NCBI GenBank assembly: GCA_043814765.1
Contig: JBDRJQ010000029.1
Coordinates: 96,001-160,000 of the forward strand
Direction of reading: 5' to 3'
DNA from: Nanobdellota archaeon
GTDB taxonomy: Archaea; Aenigmatarchaeota; Aenigmatarchaeia; QMZP01
Length of the DNA stretch: 64,000 bases
A program made the position numbers and the translations under genes. Position 1 is the stretch's first letter; each line of letters opens with the position of its first letter. Positions 44,547 to 55,069 of this stretch are shown here, in pieces. The notes beneath the pieces were generated by a model. It saw nothing but the letters and a program-made list of their open reading frames with translations. It was not told the DNA's origin and searched no databases.

Positions 44547-45620
44547 ATGGAACGCATACGAATATCAAAGCCCTTTATGGGAGAAGAGGAAATAAACGCT
44601 ATTAGGAATGTTCTTTTATCAGGAAATTTGGTGCAGGGTGAAAAGGTAAGAGAGTTTGAAGAAGCTGTTTCAAATTACATTGGTGTAGAGCATGCCATAG
44701 CAACATCTTCAGGCACAACAGCTCTGCATCTTGCAGTAGAATCTTTGGGCATAGGCCCAGAGGATGAAGTTATAACAACACCGTTTACGTTTATAGCAAG
44801 TACTAATTGTATACTCTACAATAATGCAAAACCTGTTTTTGTTGATATTGATCCGAAAACTTTCAATATTGATCCTGGAAAAATAGAGGAAAAAATAACA
44901 GATAAAACCAAGGCCGTTCTAATTGTTCATCTGTATGGTCAGCCATGTGAAATGGAAAGGATAAAGGAAATATGCAACAAACACAATCTTAAATTAATAG
45001 AAGACTGCGCGCAGGCAATTGGTGCAGAATATAAAAATCAAAAGGTTGGAACTTTTGGCGACGTGTCTGCTCTTTCCTTTTACGCAACCAAAAACATAAC
45101 AACAGGTGAAGGAGGAATGCTTTTAACAAACAGCGTTTCGCTTGCAGAGCCTTCAAGGCTCAGAAGACAGCACGGTCAGAAAAGAATATACGAATATGAG
45201 ATTCTTGGTTATAATTACAGAATGACTGACATGCAGGCTGCTATTGGAATCGAACAGATGAAAAAAATAGAAAGATTAAACAGCAAACGAATTGAAAACG
45301 CAAACAGTATGTCTAGGCTTCTATCTGATACTGAAGGCATTGTACTTCCTTCAGTAACAAATGATACAAAACATGTTTTTCATCAATATACAATTCGTGT
45401 TCTCAACAACAAGAGAGACGGCCTAAAAGAATATCTGAATGGTAAAAATATTGAAGCCATGGTTTACTATCCGCAAACAATTTATCAAAAAGGCACTGAA
45501 AACTGCCCTGAAGCAGAAAGAGCAGCAAAAGAAGTTTTATCCTTGCCCATACATCCTTTTTTGAAGAGAGATGATATTGAAACAATAACTGAAGAAATTA
45601 AAAATGGTTTGAAATTATAA
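44547..45620 (+). CDS. DegT/DnrJ/EryC1/StrS sugar aminotransferase (WbpE-like)
   Basis: SSGTTALH, IEDCAQAIG, SFYATKNITTGEGG, GYNYRM. Confidence 0.93.
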   Translation: MERIRISKPFMGEEEINAIRNVLLSGNLVQGEKVREFEEAVSNYIGVEHAIATSSGTTALHLAVESLGIGPEDEVITTPFTFIASTNCILYNNAKPVFVDIDPKTFNIDPGKIEEKITDKTKAVLIVHLYGQPCEMERIKEICNKHNLKLIEDCAQAIGAEYKNQKVGTFGDVSALSFYATKNITTGEGGMLLTNSVSLAEPSRLRRQHGQKRIYEYEILGYNYRMTDMQAAIGIEQMKKIERLNSKRIENANSMSRLLSDTEGIVLPSVTNDTKHVFHQYTIRVLNNKRDGLKEYLNGKNIEAMVYYPQTIYQKGTENCPEAERAAKEVLSLPIHPFLKRDDIETITEEIKNGLKL

Positions 45621-45625
45621 CGGTG

Positions 45626-46147
45626 TTATTTATTACAGTCATCGCATAACATTGCTTCTGTTTTTTCCATCTTCTTTCCGCACTTGCAAACATATCCCAT
45701 TATTTTTGCTGGATTGCCATAAACTAAAGCGTGTGATGGAACATCTTTGGTTACAACAGAAGACGCGCCTATCATTGCATATTCTCCGATTGTAATTCCT
45801 GGTATAAGTGTTGAGTTGGCACCGACAGAAGCGCCTTTCTTAATATAAGTTCTGCCGCCTTTCCTGTTATCGTTCCATACGAACGCTCTTGGATAAGGGT
45901 CATTTGTTACAATTACTCCAGGCCCCAACTGCGTGTCATCCTCTAGCTCTGCGTTGTAAACACAAACATTGTTTTGTATCTTAACATTTGAACCGACAAC
46001 AACATCCGGATCAATGTATACGTTTTTCCCTATAATGCAATTAGAGCCTATTTTAGCGCCGTCTCTAACATGTGCATGATGCCAGATTTTTGTGCCTTCG
46101 CCTATACTTTTTGACTCTACAATAGCTGTCGGATGTATTGTTATCAT
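45626..46147 (-). CDS. Hexapeptide-repeat sugar N-acetyltransferase (WbpD-like)
   Basis: IGEGTKIWH, VKIQNNV, TNDPYPRA, VYGNPAKIMGYVCKCG. Confidence 0.9.
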   Translation of the reverse strand: MITIHPTAIVESKSIGEGTKIWHHAHVRDGAKIGSNCIIGKNVYIDPDVVVGSNVKIQNNVCVYNAELEDDTQLGPGVIVTNDPYPRAFVWNDNRKGGRTYIKKGASVGANSTLIPGITIGEYAMIGASSVVTKDVPSHALVYGNPAKIMGYVCKCGKKMEKTEAMLCDDCNK

Positions 46148-47124
46148 AAATCAACCTCTCTGTCATTGCACATTTTTGTTGCCTTTAAAGCTATATCAAG
46201 AGCTGTGAGACCGTCCTCCCCTGTTACTAGCGGTGTTTTATCATTTTTTATGCAATCCAAAAAATGCTCTATTTCCAGTTTAAGAGGTTCCTCGCCCTCT
46301 AGTGTTATTTTCATTACCTGTGGTTTGGCGAATTCAACAACATCATGGAAATCGTCTATGTTTTTCTTCAGTTTGGTCTTGTATATGATAAGTTCCTGTG
46401 TAATGTAATTAGCTTCTGCATAACCGTTTGTTCCTGTTACAGCTATGTTTCGTATTTTTACAGGTGTTATCCAGTTAGCCTGTATCAAAACATTGGTTTT
46501 TCCAAACTTCATGAATATGTCTGCATAATCTTCTCTCTTATCAATTAGCGCTCTACCCCCGCTCGCATAAATATCATCGGGTTTCTTGTTTAGAAGGTAA
46601 CTGGCTATGTCAATATCATGAACTGCAAGATCTATGATAACATTGGCGTCTGATATCTGTGGCGGGAAAACACCAACCCTTTTTGCTATTATGCTTGTAA
46701 TATCCCCAAGCTCCTTTCTGTCCATAATCTCCTTTAGTTTCTGTATAACTGGATTGAATCTCTCTATATGGCCAACTAAAAGTTTTACGTTCTTGCTCTT
46801 GGCTGCTTCTATCATAACTTTAGCATCTTCTATGTTTCTTGCAATTGGCTTTTCAACAAGCACGTGTTTTCCTTTTTCTACACAGTGAAGACAAACTTCT
46901 TTATGCAGCCTTGTCGGAACAGCTATAGAAACAGCGTCTATATCCTCATTGTCCAGCATCTCTTTGTAATCATTATAGAATTTGCAACCAAGTTTTTCTG
47001 CAATCTCTCTTCCTTTCTTTTCGTCAATGTCAGAAATAGCAACCAATTCACTATCAAGTTCTGAATAAACCCTTGCATGGTGTTTGCCAATATTTCCTAT
47101 TCCTATAACAGCAGCTTTTATCAT
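46144..47124 (-). CDS. Gfo/Idh/MocA oxidoreductase (WbpB-like sugar 3-dehydrogenase)
   Basis: GIGNIG, VEKP, GHIERFNP, DLAVHDID. Confidence 0.9.
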   Translation of the reverse strand: MIKAAVIGIGNIGKHHARVYSELDSELVAISDIDEKKGREIAEKLGCKFYNDYKEMLDNEDIDAVSIAVPTRLHKEVCLHCVEKGKHVLVEKPIARNIEDAKVMIEAAKSKNVKLLVGHIERFNPVIQKLKEIMDRKELGDITSIIAKRVGVFPPQISDANVIIDLAVHDIDIASYLLNKKPDDIYASGGRALIDKREDYADIFMKFGKTNVLIQANWITPVKIRNIAVTGTNGYAEANYITQELIIYKTKLKKNIDDFHDVVEFAKPQVMKITLEGEEPLKLEIEHFLDCIKNDKTPLVTGEDGLTALDIALKATKMCNDREVDL

Positions 47125-47139
47125 ATTTTCTCCGCACAA

Positions 47140-47745
47140 CTATTTGAATATGAATCTATGAATTTTGTAAGCTTCACCAAACTCAACATTCATCTGTTTT
47201 CCGCGCACCTTTGCTAGTGATTTTATTGCTTCTGGATCATAGTAGTATCTTCTGTATTGTGTTTTGTAGTGCTTCAACACCTCAAGTTTTTTATCAAATT
47301 CCTCTGGCGTGAGAGCAACTATCAGATTAGGCGTAAAATGTTCGACGCTTTTAATGTCTTCATACATGAGAACAGAGGCGTTTCTAAACACCCTTAAGCA
47401 CTCTTCTGACACTATTCTGTGGTCTTGATGAAGGGTATTGATATCATGAGTGACAACAATGTCAGGGTTGAAGTTTTCTTTTTCTTCCTCTAAAACGCGT
47501 CGTATTTCACTAGCTTTTTCAGGAAGTTTTGTGTTTGGAAAGTCGAGAAGTTTTGGATCCTTTATGCCAAGAGCAGACATTGCATCATAAAACTCCTTGC
47601 TTACTCCGTCATTGCCTTCTTGCTCTTCGCAGTTTGAGAATACGAGAACTCTGCAGTTATCCCTTTTTAACATTTTCATGATTAATCCTGAGGCCCCCAT
47701 TTCTATATCATCTACGTGAGCGCCAACAAAGAGTATGTTCTTCAT
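47140..47745 (-). CDS. PIG-L/LmbE family deacetylase
   Basis: GAHVDD, HQDH, YKTQ motifs. Confidence 0.88.
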   Translation of the reverse strand: MKNILFVGAHVDDIEMGASGLIMKMLKRDNCRVLVFSNCEEQEGNDGVSKEFYDAMSALGIKDPKLLDFPNTKLPEKASEIRRVLEEEKENFNPDIVVTHDINTLHQDHRIVSEECLRVFRNASVLMYEDIKSVEHFTPNLIVALTPEEFDKKLEVLKHYKTQYRRYYYDPEAIKSLAKVRGKQMNVEFGEAYKIHRFIFK

Positions 47746-47839
47746 ATAATATCACTTCTATATCATGTCTATTGCTAAAACTTATAAATGCTTAATTTAA
47801 GTGTTTTTATATTTTAATCAAATACTATTGAATGATTTT

Positions 47840-48919
47840 ATGGAAAAACTAAAGATTCTCACGACTGGAGGAGGAGCGCCTGGAGCTAGAGGAATATTCA
47901 AAAGCTTCAGAATGGGTGCTAAAGAAGAGGGTCGGGAACTTGAAATAATAACATCTGACGCAGATGATCAGTCTTATGGGTTTCATCTAGCAGACAAGCA
48001 CTATGTCATACCATCTGGCAAGTCTCCTGATTTTATTGAAAAACTACTGGAAATATGCGAAAAGGAAAGGCCTCAATTATTATATTCTTGGGTAACACCT
48101 GAACTAGTTCCTTTGGCTGAAAACAAAAATAGATTTGAAGCTTTAGGGACAAGGGTTGTTCTCTCAGATGTAGAAGCTATAAGAACTGCTCAGAACAAGA
48201 GACTGTGCTATGAAACTATACGTGAATTTGGTTACGCTCCTGAATTTAGGTTTACAAACACCATCGAAGGCATAGAAAAAGCGGCAATAGAACTGGGTTA
48301 TCCTAGCAAGCCTGTTTGCTACAAGCCTGAAGTGGCTCATGGCATGCGTGGTTTCAGGATAATGAAGCCAGGAACCAACAGAGCAGAAATGTTGTTTAAT
48401 GAAAAACCGATGAGTGTATTTACAACTCTAGAAGAGACAAAGGAGATTCTAAAAGATTATGAATTACCAAACATGCTGGTTATGGAATATCTCAGCGGTG
48501 CAAACGAAAAGGAATACAGTCTGGATATGCTTCTAGATGATAAGGGTCCTGTTGTTACAATACCTCGCGTTAGAACAAAAACAAAACAAGGCATATCGTA
48601 TATAGCTGACGTAGAAAAGAATGAGGAATTAATTGAAGCTGCAGAAAAAATCGCCAAAAAGATTGGACTCAAATACAGTATAAACATGCAATTCCGTTTT
48701 TCTGGAGAAGGTAAACCAAAACTAATAGAAATTAATCCACGGCTTTCAGGAACTATTATAGCATGTGTGGGTGCAGGTGCAAACCTGCCATGGCTCTCTG
48801 CAAAAATAGCATTAGGCGAACCTGTACAAAAACCGGAAGTTCGTTGGGGAACAACAATGAAGCGTTTCTGGGAAGAGATTTACACAGACGGGAATGAGAA
48901 GTGGTTTCTAGGGATTTAA
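47840..48919 (+). CDS. ATP-grasp domain protein (carbamoyl-phosphate synthase-like)
   Basis: CYKPEVAHGMRGF, VMEYL...EYSLD, NMQF...KLIEINPRLSG. Confidence 0.88.
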   Translation: MEKLKILTTGGGAPGARGIFKSFRMGAKEEGRELEIITSDADDQSYGFHLADKHYVIPSGKSPDFIEKLLEICEKERPQLLYSWVTPELVPLAENKNRFEALGTRVVLSDVEAIRTAQNKRLCYETIREFGYAPEFRFTNTIEGIEKAAIELGYPSKPVCYKPEVAHGMRGFRIMKPGTNRAEMLFNEKPMSVFTTLEETKEILKDYELPNMLVMEYLSGANEKEYSLDMLLDDKGPVVTIPRVRTKTKQGISYIADVEKNEELIEAAEKIAKKIGLKYSINMQFRFSGEGKPKLIEINPRLSGTIIACVGAGANLPWLSAKIALGEPVQKPEVRWGTTMKRFWEEIYTDGNEKWFLGI

Positions 48920-49554
48920 ATCTCATCAACATTATGTGCGTCATAACCCTTGAAGATAGTAGCGCCTTGTAACTTTGCGACAGCTATGAAGTCTTCTGGT
49001 GTCTGGTAGCGGACACTGTTTTCGATGAGAACATTGTTTTTTGCTGCGAGGGCCATTATAGATTTTAATTCATCTACGGAAAGGTGCATTGTGTCTGATG
49101 GTATCATGAAACCAGTAGGCATGATCTTTGCTGGAATGAAATGTGGATGCGCCCACGCATCTACGTTTGGGTTTTGAAGCATGTTCATCACAGCTTTTAG
49201 ATAATCAGCATGTGTTTGTATGGGTCTATGGAAAGCAGCAAAAACTACTTCGCATTTTTTCAGAACTTCTTCGGAAATGTCAAGTGTTCCTTTTTCATCT
49301 AGAACACCTGCTTCGCACCCAGCTATGATTTTTATATCAAATTTGTCTCTTGCTTTGGATATGTCTGCTAGGAAATTATCAAAATTATATGTCAGTTCTT
49401 TTCTCACATGTTCTGTAAAGGCTATTGAACTGAATCCTTTATCCTGCGCCTTCTGGCAGAATTCAAAGACAGAGTTTTTGCCGTCAGTGTAATTTGTGTG
49501 AACATGCCATAGTCCTGTTTCAAGATGCTCTTTATATCTTTCCCATTTCTTCAT
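48916..49554 (-). CDS. PHP domain phosphoesterase
   Basis: WHVHTNYTDG, FTEH, WAHP, GYDAH. Confidence 0.9.
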   Translation of the reverse strand: MKKWERYKEHLETGLWHVHTNYTDGKNSVFEFCQKAQDKGFSSIAFTEHVRKELTYNFDNFLADISKARDKFDIKIIAGCEAGVLDEKGTLDISEEVLKKCEVVFAAFHRPIQTHADYLKAVMNMLQNPNVDAWAHPHFIPAKIMPTGFMIPSDTMHLSVDELKSIMALAAKNNVLIENSVRYQTPEDFIAVAKLQGATIFKGYDAHNVDEI

Positions 49555-49589
49555 GTTAGATTTTTAACTATTCCTTATTAATATGTAAC

Positions 49590-50111
49590 ATGCAAACCAT
49601 TGAATGCATACGTGGCAGGCGGAGTGTAAGGAGATATAAAGAAGAGAAAATATCAAAAGGTGATATAATTGAAATTTTGGACGCCGCTGCGCAGGCGCCG
49701 TCATCAGGCAATGTTCAGGATTGGGAATTCATTGTTGTGCAAAAACCAGAAACCAAACTTCAACTTCAAGAAACTGCCATGTTTGGGCAAAAATTTATAT
49801 CAACTGCATCTGCGATAATAGTCGTTTGCAGTAATTTGGATCGAATGATCATCAGATATGGTGAGCGGGGAAAGAGTCTTTATTCCATACAAAACACTGC
49901 AGCTGCTGCACAGAACCTTATGCTGGCTGCGTGGGACAAGGGATTCGGTACATGCTGGGTTGGTGCATTTAACGAGCAGAAAGTTAAAGATATATTAATA
50001 TTGCCAACAAACGTAAGACCAGTTGCAATGATAACTTTAGGTTATCCAGGAGAAACACCAGATAAAAAGACAGTGGTTGAATTGAACAAAGTTGTTCACT
50101 GGGAGAGATAG
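49590..50111 (+). CDS. Nitroreductase family protein
   Basis: RRSVRRY, APSSGNVQDW, QNLMLAA...GFGTCWVG. Confidence 0.93.
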   Translation: MQTIECIRGRRSVRRYKEEKISKGDIIEILDAAAQAPSSGNVQDWEFIVVQKPETKLQLQETAMFGQKFISTASAIIVVCSNLDRMIIRYGERGKSLYSIQNTAAAAQNLMLAAWDKGFGTCWVGAFNEQKVKDILILPTNVRPVAMITLGYPGETPDKKTVVELNKVVHWER

Positions 50112-50113
50112 GA

Positions 50114-50554
50114 ATGATGAAAGAAAGAATTGGTGCAATCATAGTAGGTTTGATTATGCTATTCTCTGTTATGGGGTTTGCGTTGAGTAGTAGCGTAGTA
50201 AATAACCCAGAACCAGAGCAAGGGATTGAACCTATTATAAAGGGTGAATTGACATCAAGTGATGTTTTGTTCATTCTCCAGAATGGAAAAACCATATACA
50301 GGTATTATTATGCTAATGATCAAAAAAGTCTTGATGATAAGATAACGCTTGAGATTTTTGTAAACAGTATAAAGGATTATGTTGTACTAAATGAAATAGA
50401 ATCCAATGAAACTAGTTTGGAAATTGTTGCCGTTGTTAACCAGGAGGGTAAAATAATATCATATAACGGAGAAATTAACAACCAGGATCTTTTCTTAAAG
50501 CTATGCGAAGTCGCTGCCATGAAACCAAAAGAGTGCTTCATGTACGACATCTGA
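50114..50554 (+). CDS. Membrane-anchored hypothetical protein
   Basis: N-terminal TM helix, C-terminal LC...PKEC; directly follows the nitroreductase. Confidence 0.7.
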   Translation: MMKERIGAIIVGLIMLFSVMGFALSSSVVNNPEPEQGIEPIIKGELTSSDVLFILQNGKTIYRYYYANDQKSLDDKITLEIFVNSIKDYVVLNEIESNETSLEIVAVVNQEGKIISYNGEINNQDLFLKLCEVAAMKPKECFMYDI

Positions 50555-50585
50555 TTTATAAATAATAACAGTGTTATATTTTATT

Positions 50586-50807
50586 ATGAAAATTTATAGA
50601 CTAGGTAGTATAGCGTCTGATTTGAGTTTTTGCGGATTCGGAGCGCATCGCGTATTGGGTACATATAATAATCTTGACATTGTTGAAGAAACTAGTCCAA
50701 CTAACACTGATATAGGATACAGACCTGGATATCCTCCAAAAGAAGGTTCACAGAAAAGGAGGCCGTTTGAGATGAATCCTCCGCTCGTAATAGACGTTTA
50801 CATCTAA
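50586..50807 (+). CDS. Hypothetical small protein
   Basis: TTTATAAATA about 25 nt upstream; fills the gap; no recognisable motif. Confidence 0.35.
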   Translation: MKIYRLGSIASDLSFCGFGAHRVLGTYNNLDIVEETSPTNTDIGYRPGYPPKEGSQKRRPFEMNPPLVIDVYI

Positions 50808-53734
50808 ATTTTATAATCAGGCAATACTTTCAGTAGCTTAGCTAATTCTGCTTTGCCCTGTGCAAATTCCCTTGTTCCGCCTGCTGAACCGCCTGCTCTT
50901 GCGCATATGTCATTCAGTATTTTGCTGGAGTCTTTTGTTTTACTCATTGCTATTATATCTCCTATTTGGTTTGATAGCACCACAGTAGATGACGGATTAA
51001 TTGTAATTATTTTGTTTGCTATTTCTATCAGTTCTTTTCTGTCGCCTGATATTATTTCAAAAATATTACCTTTAACAGCTTTCTCTAACAAGGCTTTTGC
51101 TTTATCTTCAGCCATATCCTTAATTTCTTTTTCATGGTGTTTTTTCTGCTCTTTCCATAGATTGAAAACTAGTTCAGAAGCCTCTTTCAAGTTTTCTGGT
51201 TTTGTTTTAAAGACCTCCTCGAAGAAGGTTTCTTCTTCTAAATTCATCGGGTTTTTATTGATTTGTTTCCTCGTGTTGTTGAGAGTATCATGGGTTTTTT
51301 TGATTTCGTCAACAAATCTTTCAATTGTGTTGCTTAGTTGATGCGATTCAACAGAAAAAACAGCTGATGCTTTCTGAATTTCTATGGAAGCCTTTTCAGG
51401 AGTTTTATCAAGAACAGATCTTATTGAATGAACAGCTGTTTTTAACGAGTCTAATTTTGATAACGTGTTCAGAACCTCATTCATTATTTTTTCTTGTTCT
51501 TCTAAAAATTTTATAGCCTCTTCTCCACAAGTGAATTCTAGACGATTCACTCCGTCTTGGATTCTTTCGTGTCGAGTTATTTTTATCAAACCTATTTCTT
51601 TTGTGTTGGATACATGTGTTCCTCCGCATGCCTCAACATCCAAATCGCCAACACTGACAACTCTTATAGTTTTTCCAGGTGAAGCTCCTCCCTGATAGAG
51701 AACAAATCCATAATTTTGCTCTGCTTTGCTTCGTGGCATTGTTTGAACATCAACCTTAAGCTGTTCCTTTACCGATTCGTTTGCCTTCTTTTCAATCAGT
51801 TCTATTTCCTTTTCTGTGAACGGAAGATAATGAGTTAAATCTATTCTTGATCTTTCTATGCCTTTTTTTGCTCCAGCCTGCCATACATGCGAGCCTATTA
51901 TTTTTCTGGCTGCACCGGCAACAATATGAGTTGCACTGTGCATCTTCATTAATTTGTAGCGATTTTCCCAGTTCAAAACGCCATGAACTTTCTCGCCATC
52001 CTTTATTGTTTCTTTGGATTTGTGAAGTGTAATATCTCCTAATTTTTGCGTGTCTAAAATCTCTATTTCTTTCTTTCCTGTGATTAGTTTGCCTTTATCG
52101 CCAGGCTGGCCTCCTCCTTCAGAATAAAATAACGTCTTATTCAAAGCTATCCAATACCCGTCTCTGTCTTTAAAGGTCTTCATCACCTCTGCATCAAATT
52201 CTTTTTTATATGAATCCTGATAGTAAAGTCGTTCTGTGGGCAAAAGTTTTTCTGTATTGAATTTGAATTGCTCTTCTTTTTCTTCTTTCATATGCTTTGA
52301 TGTTATGGATATATAGAAATCCTCTGGCACTGTGAAATCTATATTTTTTGTTTTAGCAACTTTCTCAACTAGTTCCGGTGTTATGCCGTTTGAAATATAG
52401 AGCTGCGTTAAATATTCTTGATCAATTTTTTTATTTTTCTCAAGCTCTTTTTCTATTAAAAATCCTGCTCTTTTCATTGTGCTTGAGTATTTTGTTTTTT
52501 CTATATCCAGAATCTTCATTAATGGTTCTAGTCCTTCTCCAATTTCTGGAAACATTCCTTTCAAGTGTTTGACATGTTTCGCTGCTATGTCTCCCATATC
52601 AAAATCGAAAGCATATTCGTTTATGAATGACATTGCGCGTCGCAGTATAACTCTTAGATTGTACCCGCCACCAACGTTTGATGGAATACCTCCATCAGAT
52701 ACGGCAAACAACAATGTTTTTGTATGGTCTGCTATAGCATAGAGTGCCTGTATAGGCTCAATAACATGAGTTAAGTCTTTTACTGATATTCCGAGTTTTT
52801 TTGCAATGTTTTCCTTGGCTTTCTTTATGTTGTTTACCTCATCATAATTCAACCCGCCAGCAATCGTTGAGTATTTGTTAAAAAGTTCGTTGTCATGAAA
52901 CCCTGTTTCTTTTTTCATCCATTTTATTACAGAATCAAAAACAACATCATAAGTTGAAGCAGTGCCATTTGAAAACCATACCAACCTTTCATGCCCCCAA
53001 CCAACATCTATAACCTTTTGCGGCAAACTCTTGTAACTGTTTCCATGTTTAGTGAATTGTGAAAAAACAGAATTAACCAACTCCAAGCCTCTTGACATTG
53101 TTTCTAGAGAAGGGCCAAACTGCGAAAAATCCGTCATAGCCCAAACATCTTCTATATAAGTTATCTCTTTTTCAGGTATTCCCATTTCTTTTGTAAGAAA
53201 ATTAAAGTTCAATTCTATGCATTTATCTTTCCAATAATTACCAAAAGAGTGCTGGCCTGACATTATAAATGATGTGTGATGTCTGCCTGTTACACCAACA
53301 TTTGGTATGTCATTGAATCTCAAGCACATTTGAGGTATTATTAAAGGGTCTGCAGGATATTCCATCACAACGTTACCATTTTCGATTCGTTGAAAATCCT
53401 GTATCGAAGCCATTGTAAAGAACAAGTCAGGACGCCACCTGTCAATTACAGGATACCTTTCTATTGATTTATGCCCATTCTTTTTGAAGAAGTTCTCAAA
53501 GAGCTTCCATGTTTCAACATAATCCCATTTTCCTTTTGTTATAGGATTTCCTATAAAACTATAGCTCTCACAAGAAGAGTCTCCGCATGTTTTTCTGTTT
53601 GCATCAAGAGTCCAGAAAAATTTACCACAGGAGCAGGATTTACGAACAAACCCTTTCTCTTTAAATGTTTCTACTTGGTACTGATTTTTCCAGTCATCAG
53701 AAAACTTCTTTTTCAGCGATTCCTTGGTGAACAT
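50804..53734 (-). CDS. alaS: Alanine--tRNA ligase (archaeal type)
   Basis: RWRPDLFFTMASIQDFQ, NVGVTGRH, IDVGWGHER, HSATH and ACGGTH editing motifs. Confidence 0.96.
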   Translation of the reverse strand: MFTKESLKKKFSDDWKNQYQVETFKEKGFVRKSCSCGKFFWTLDANRKTCGDSSCESYSFIGNPITKGKWDYVETWKLFENFFKKNGHKSIERYPVIDRWRPDLFFTMASIQDFQRIENGNVVMEYPADPLIIPQMCLRFNDIPNVGVTGRHHTSFIMSGQHSFGNYWKDKCIELNFNFLTKEMGIPEKEITYIEDVWAMTDFSQFGPSLETMSRGLELVNSVFSQFTKHGNSYKSLPQKVIDVGWGHERLVWFSNGTASTYDVVFDSVIKWMKKETGFHDNELFNKYSTIAGGLNYDEVNNIKKAKENIAKKLGISVKDLTHVIEPIQALYAIADHTKTLLFAVSDGGIPSNVGGGYNLRVILRRAMSFINEYAFDFDMGDIAAKHVKHLKGMFPEIGEGLEPLMKILDIEKTKYSSTMKRAGFLIEKELEKNKKIDQEYLTQLYISNGITPELVEKVAKTKNIDFTVPEDFYISITSKHMKEEKEEQFKFNTEKLLPTERLYYQDSYKKEFDAEVMKTFKDRDGYWIALNKTLFYSEGGGQPGDKGKLITGKKEIEILDTQKLGDITLHKSKETIKDGEKVHGVLNWENRYKLMKMHSATHIVAGAARKIIGSHVWQAGAKKGIERSRIDLTHYLPFTEKEIELIEKKANESVKEQLKVDVQTMPRSKAEQNYGFVLYQGGASPGKTIRVVSVGDLDVEACGGTHVSNTKEIGLIKITRHERIQDGVNRLEFTCGEEAIKFLEEQEKIMNEVLNTLSKLDSLKTAVHSIRSVLDKTPEKASIEIQKASAVFSVESHQLSNTIERFVDEIKKTHDTLNNTRKQINKNPMNLEEETFFEEVFKTKPENLKEASELVFNLWKEQKKHHEKEIKDMAEDKAKALLEKAVKGNIFEIISGDRKELIEIANKIITINPSSTVVLSNQIGDIIAMSKTKDSSKILNDICARAGGSAGGTREFAQGKAELAKLLKVLPDYKI

Positions 53735-53831
53735 AAGTATACATTAGTCGTATTAGATTTAAGTTTTGAAGCATGCTTTTTGCATCTAAAACTAGGCAAA
53801 TGTTCGGAACCTCGATAAAAATAAAGGAGGT

Positions 53832-54122
53832 TTATCCGAACAAGCTGCTTAGTCCTGCTGCTGCTTCTTCAGCCCTTTCTTCAGCCTTTTCCTCTTTCTT
53901 CTCTTCCTTTGCTTCTGTTACTGGTGCTGCTGCAGGAGCTGCTGCCATAGCTGTTTGCTTTATTGCCTCGTCTATGTTGACATCTGCTAAGCTACTAACT
54001 AAAGCTTTTATTTGTCCTGCTTCTACCTTTTCACCAGCTGCTTCCATAACCTTTTTCACACTGGCTTCGTCAACCTTTTTTCCTGCACTGTGCAACAGAA
54101 GTGCTGCGTATATCAACTGCAT
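53832..54122 (-). CDS. rpl12: 50S ribosomal protein P1/L12
   Basis: [14 protein letters not shown], Ala-rich hinge, [12 protein letters not shown]. Confidence 0.96.
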   Translation of the reverse strand: MQLIYAALLLHSAGKKVDEASVKKVMEAAGEKVEAGQIKALVSSLADVNIDEAIKQTAMAAAPAAAPVTEAKEEKKEEKAEERAEEAAAGLSSLFG

Positions 54123-54132
54123 AATGTTCCTC

Positions 54133-55062
54133 CTATTTTTTATCTTTTTTCTCTTCTTTAGATTCTTCTTTATTATCATCAGTTTTTGATTCTTCCTCGG
54201 ATTTAGTTTCTTCTTTCAGTTCTTCCTTAGATGCATCCAACTTTACCTTGGATTTAACAGTTTCTGCATGTGCTTTGGCTTTGCTTAAAGTTTTACCAAT
54301 GGTTTCTTTTGTTGGTATGTTAGCTTCATCTGCGAGAGAAACTGCTTCGCTGTGAGCTTTTGAAAGCAAAAATGGTAAGTTATCCTTTGTTATATATCCT
54401 ATGCTCATTGAAAGATTGAACGCTTCTGAATGCGCTTTTTGTATATCCTCTAAGTATTTCTCAGAAGGTATGAACAAAACATCCTTTTTGTAAATTATTC
54501 CCTTTTCCCATACAACTAAAAGATTAAGACCAATCTCCATTGGCTCTATGCCAAGTTTTGTGAGCATGTCTGCAAGAGACTTGTTTATTTCTTCTCCTGC
54601 CTTTACTACAAGAGTATCTTTTTTTACTGCTATTTTTTCTCCTTCAACTGTTGCTGGTATTTTGAGTCTCTGTAATTCTCCTATAACAGGCCCTGGTGCA
54701 AGGCTTGTTGGACCAGCTTTTATAACAATATCTTCAGGCGCAATGTCTCCTCCCTTCGCAGCGGCCTTTGTTTTTGATTTAGCAATCACCTTAGCCAATC
54801 TGAATGGATCTGATTTTGTAAACAGTAAAGCAGACTCACCTTCAACAAACTCCTCCATTTCAGTCATCTTTTTCTCTTTTAATGCAAGAATTATAATACG
54901 CTTTTTAACCATTTTTATGACTGCCTCATCTCGAAGCTTTTTTCTAATTTCATATAATTGTTTTGCAGGCAGTTTGTGCATGTTGAGTATTCCTACAACT
55001 GGATATTCACTAAACATTTCTTCAGTCTTCTTCAACATCTCTTTCTTTTTTATCGAAACCAT
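54133..55062 (-). CDS. rpl10: 50S ribosomal protein L10 (P0)
   Basis: [18 protein letters not shown]...[15 protein letters not shown]. Confidence 0.95.
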   Translation of the reverse strand: MVSIKKKEMLKKTEEMFSEYPVVGILNMHKLPAKQLYEIRKKLRDEAVIKMVKKRIIILALKEKKMTEMEEFVEGESALLFTKSDPFRLAKVIAKSKTKAAAKGGDIAPEDIVIKAGPTSLAPGPVIGELQRLKIPATVEGEKIAVKKDTLVVKAGEEINKSLADMLTKLGIEPMEIGLNLLVVWEKGIIYKKDVLFIPSEKYLEDIQKAHSEAFNLSMSIGYITKDNLPFLLSKAHSEAVSLADEANIPTKETIGKTLSKAKAHAETVKSKVKLDASKEELKEETKSEEESKTDDNKEESKEEKKDKK

Positions 55063-55069
55063 ATTTCAC

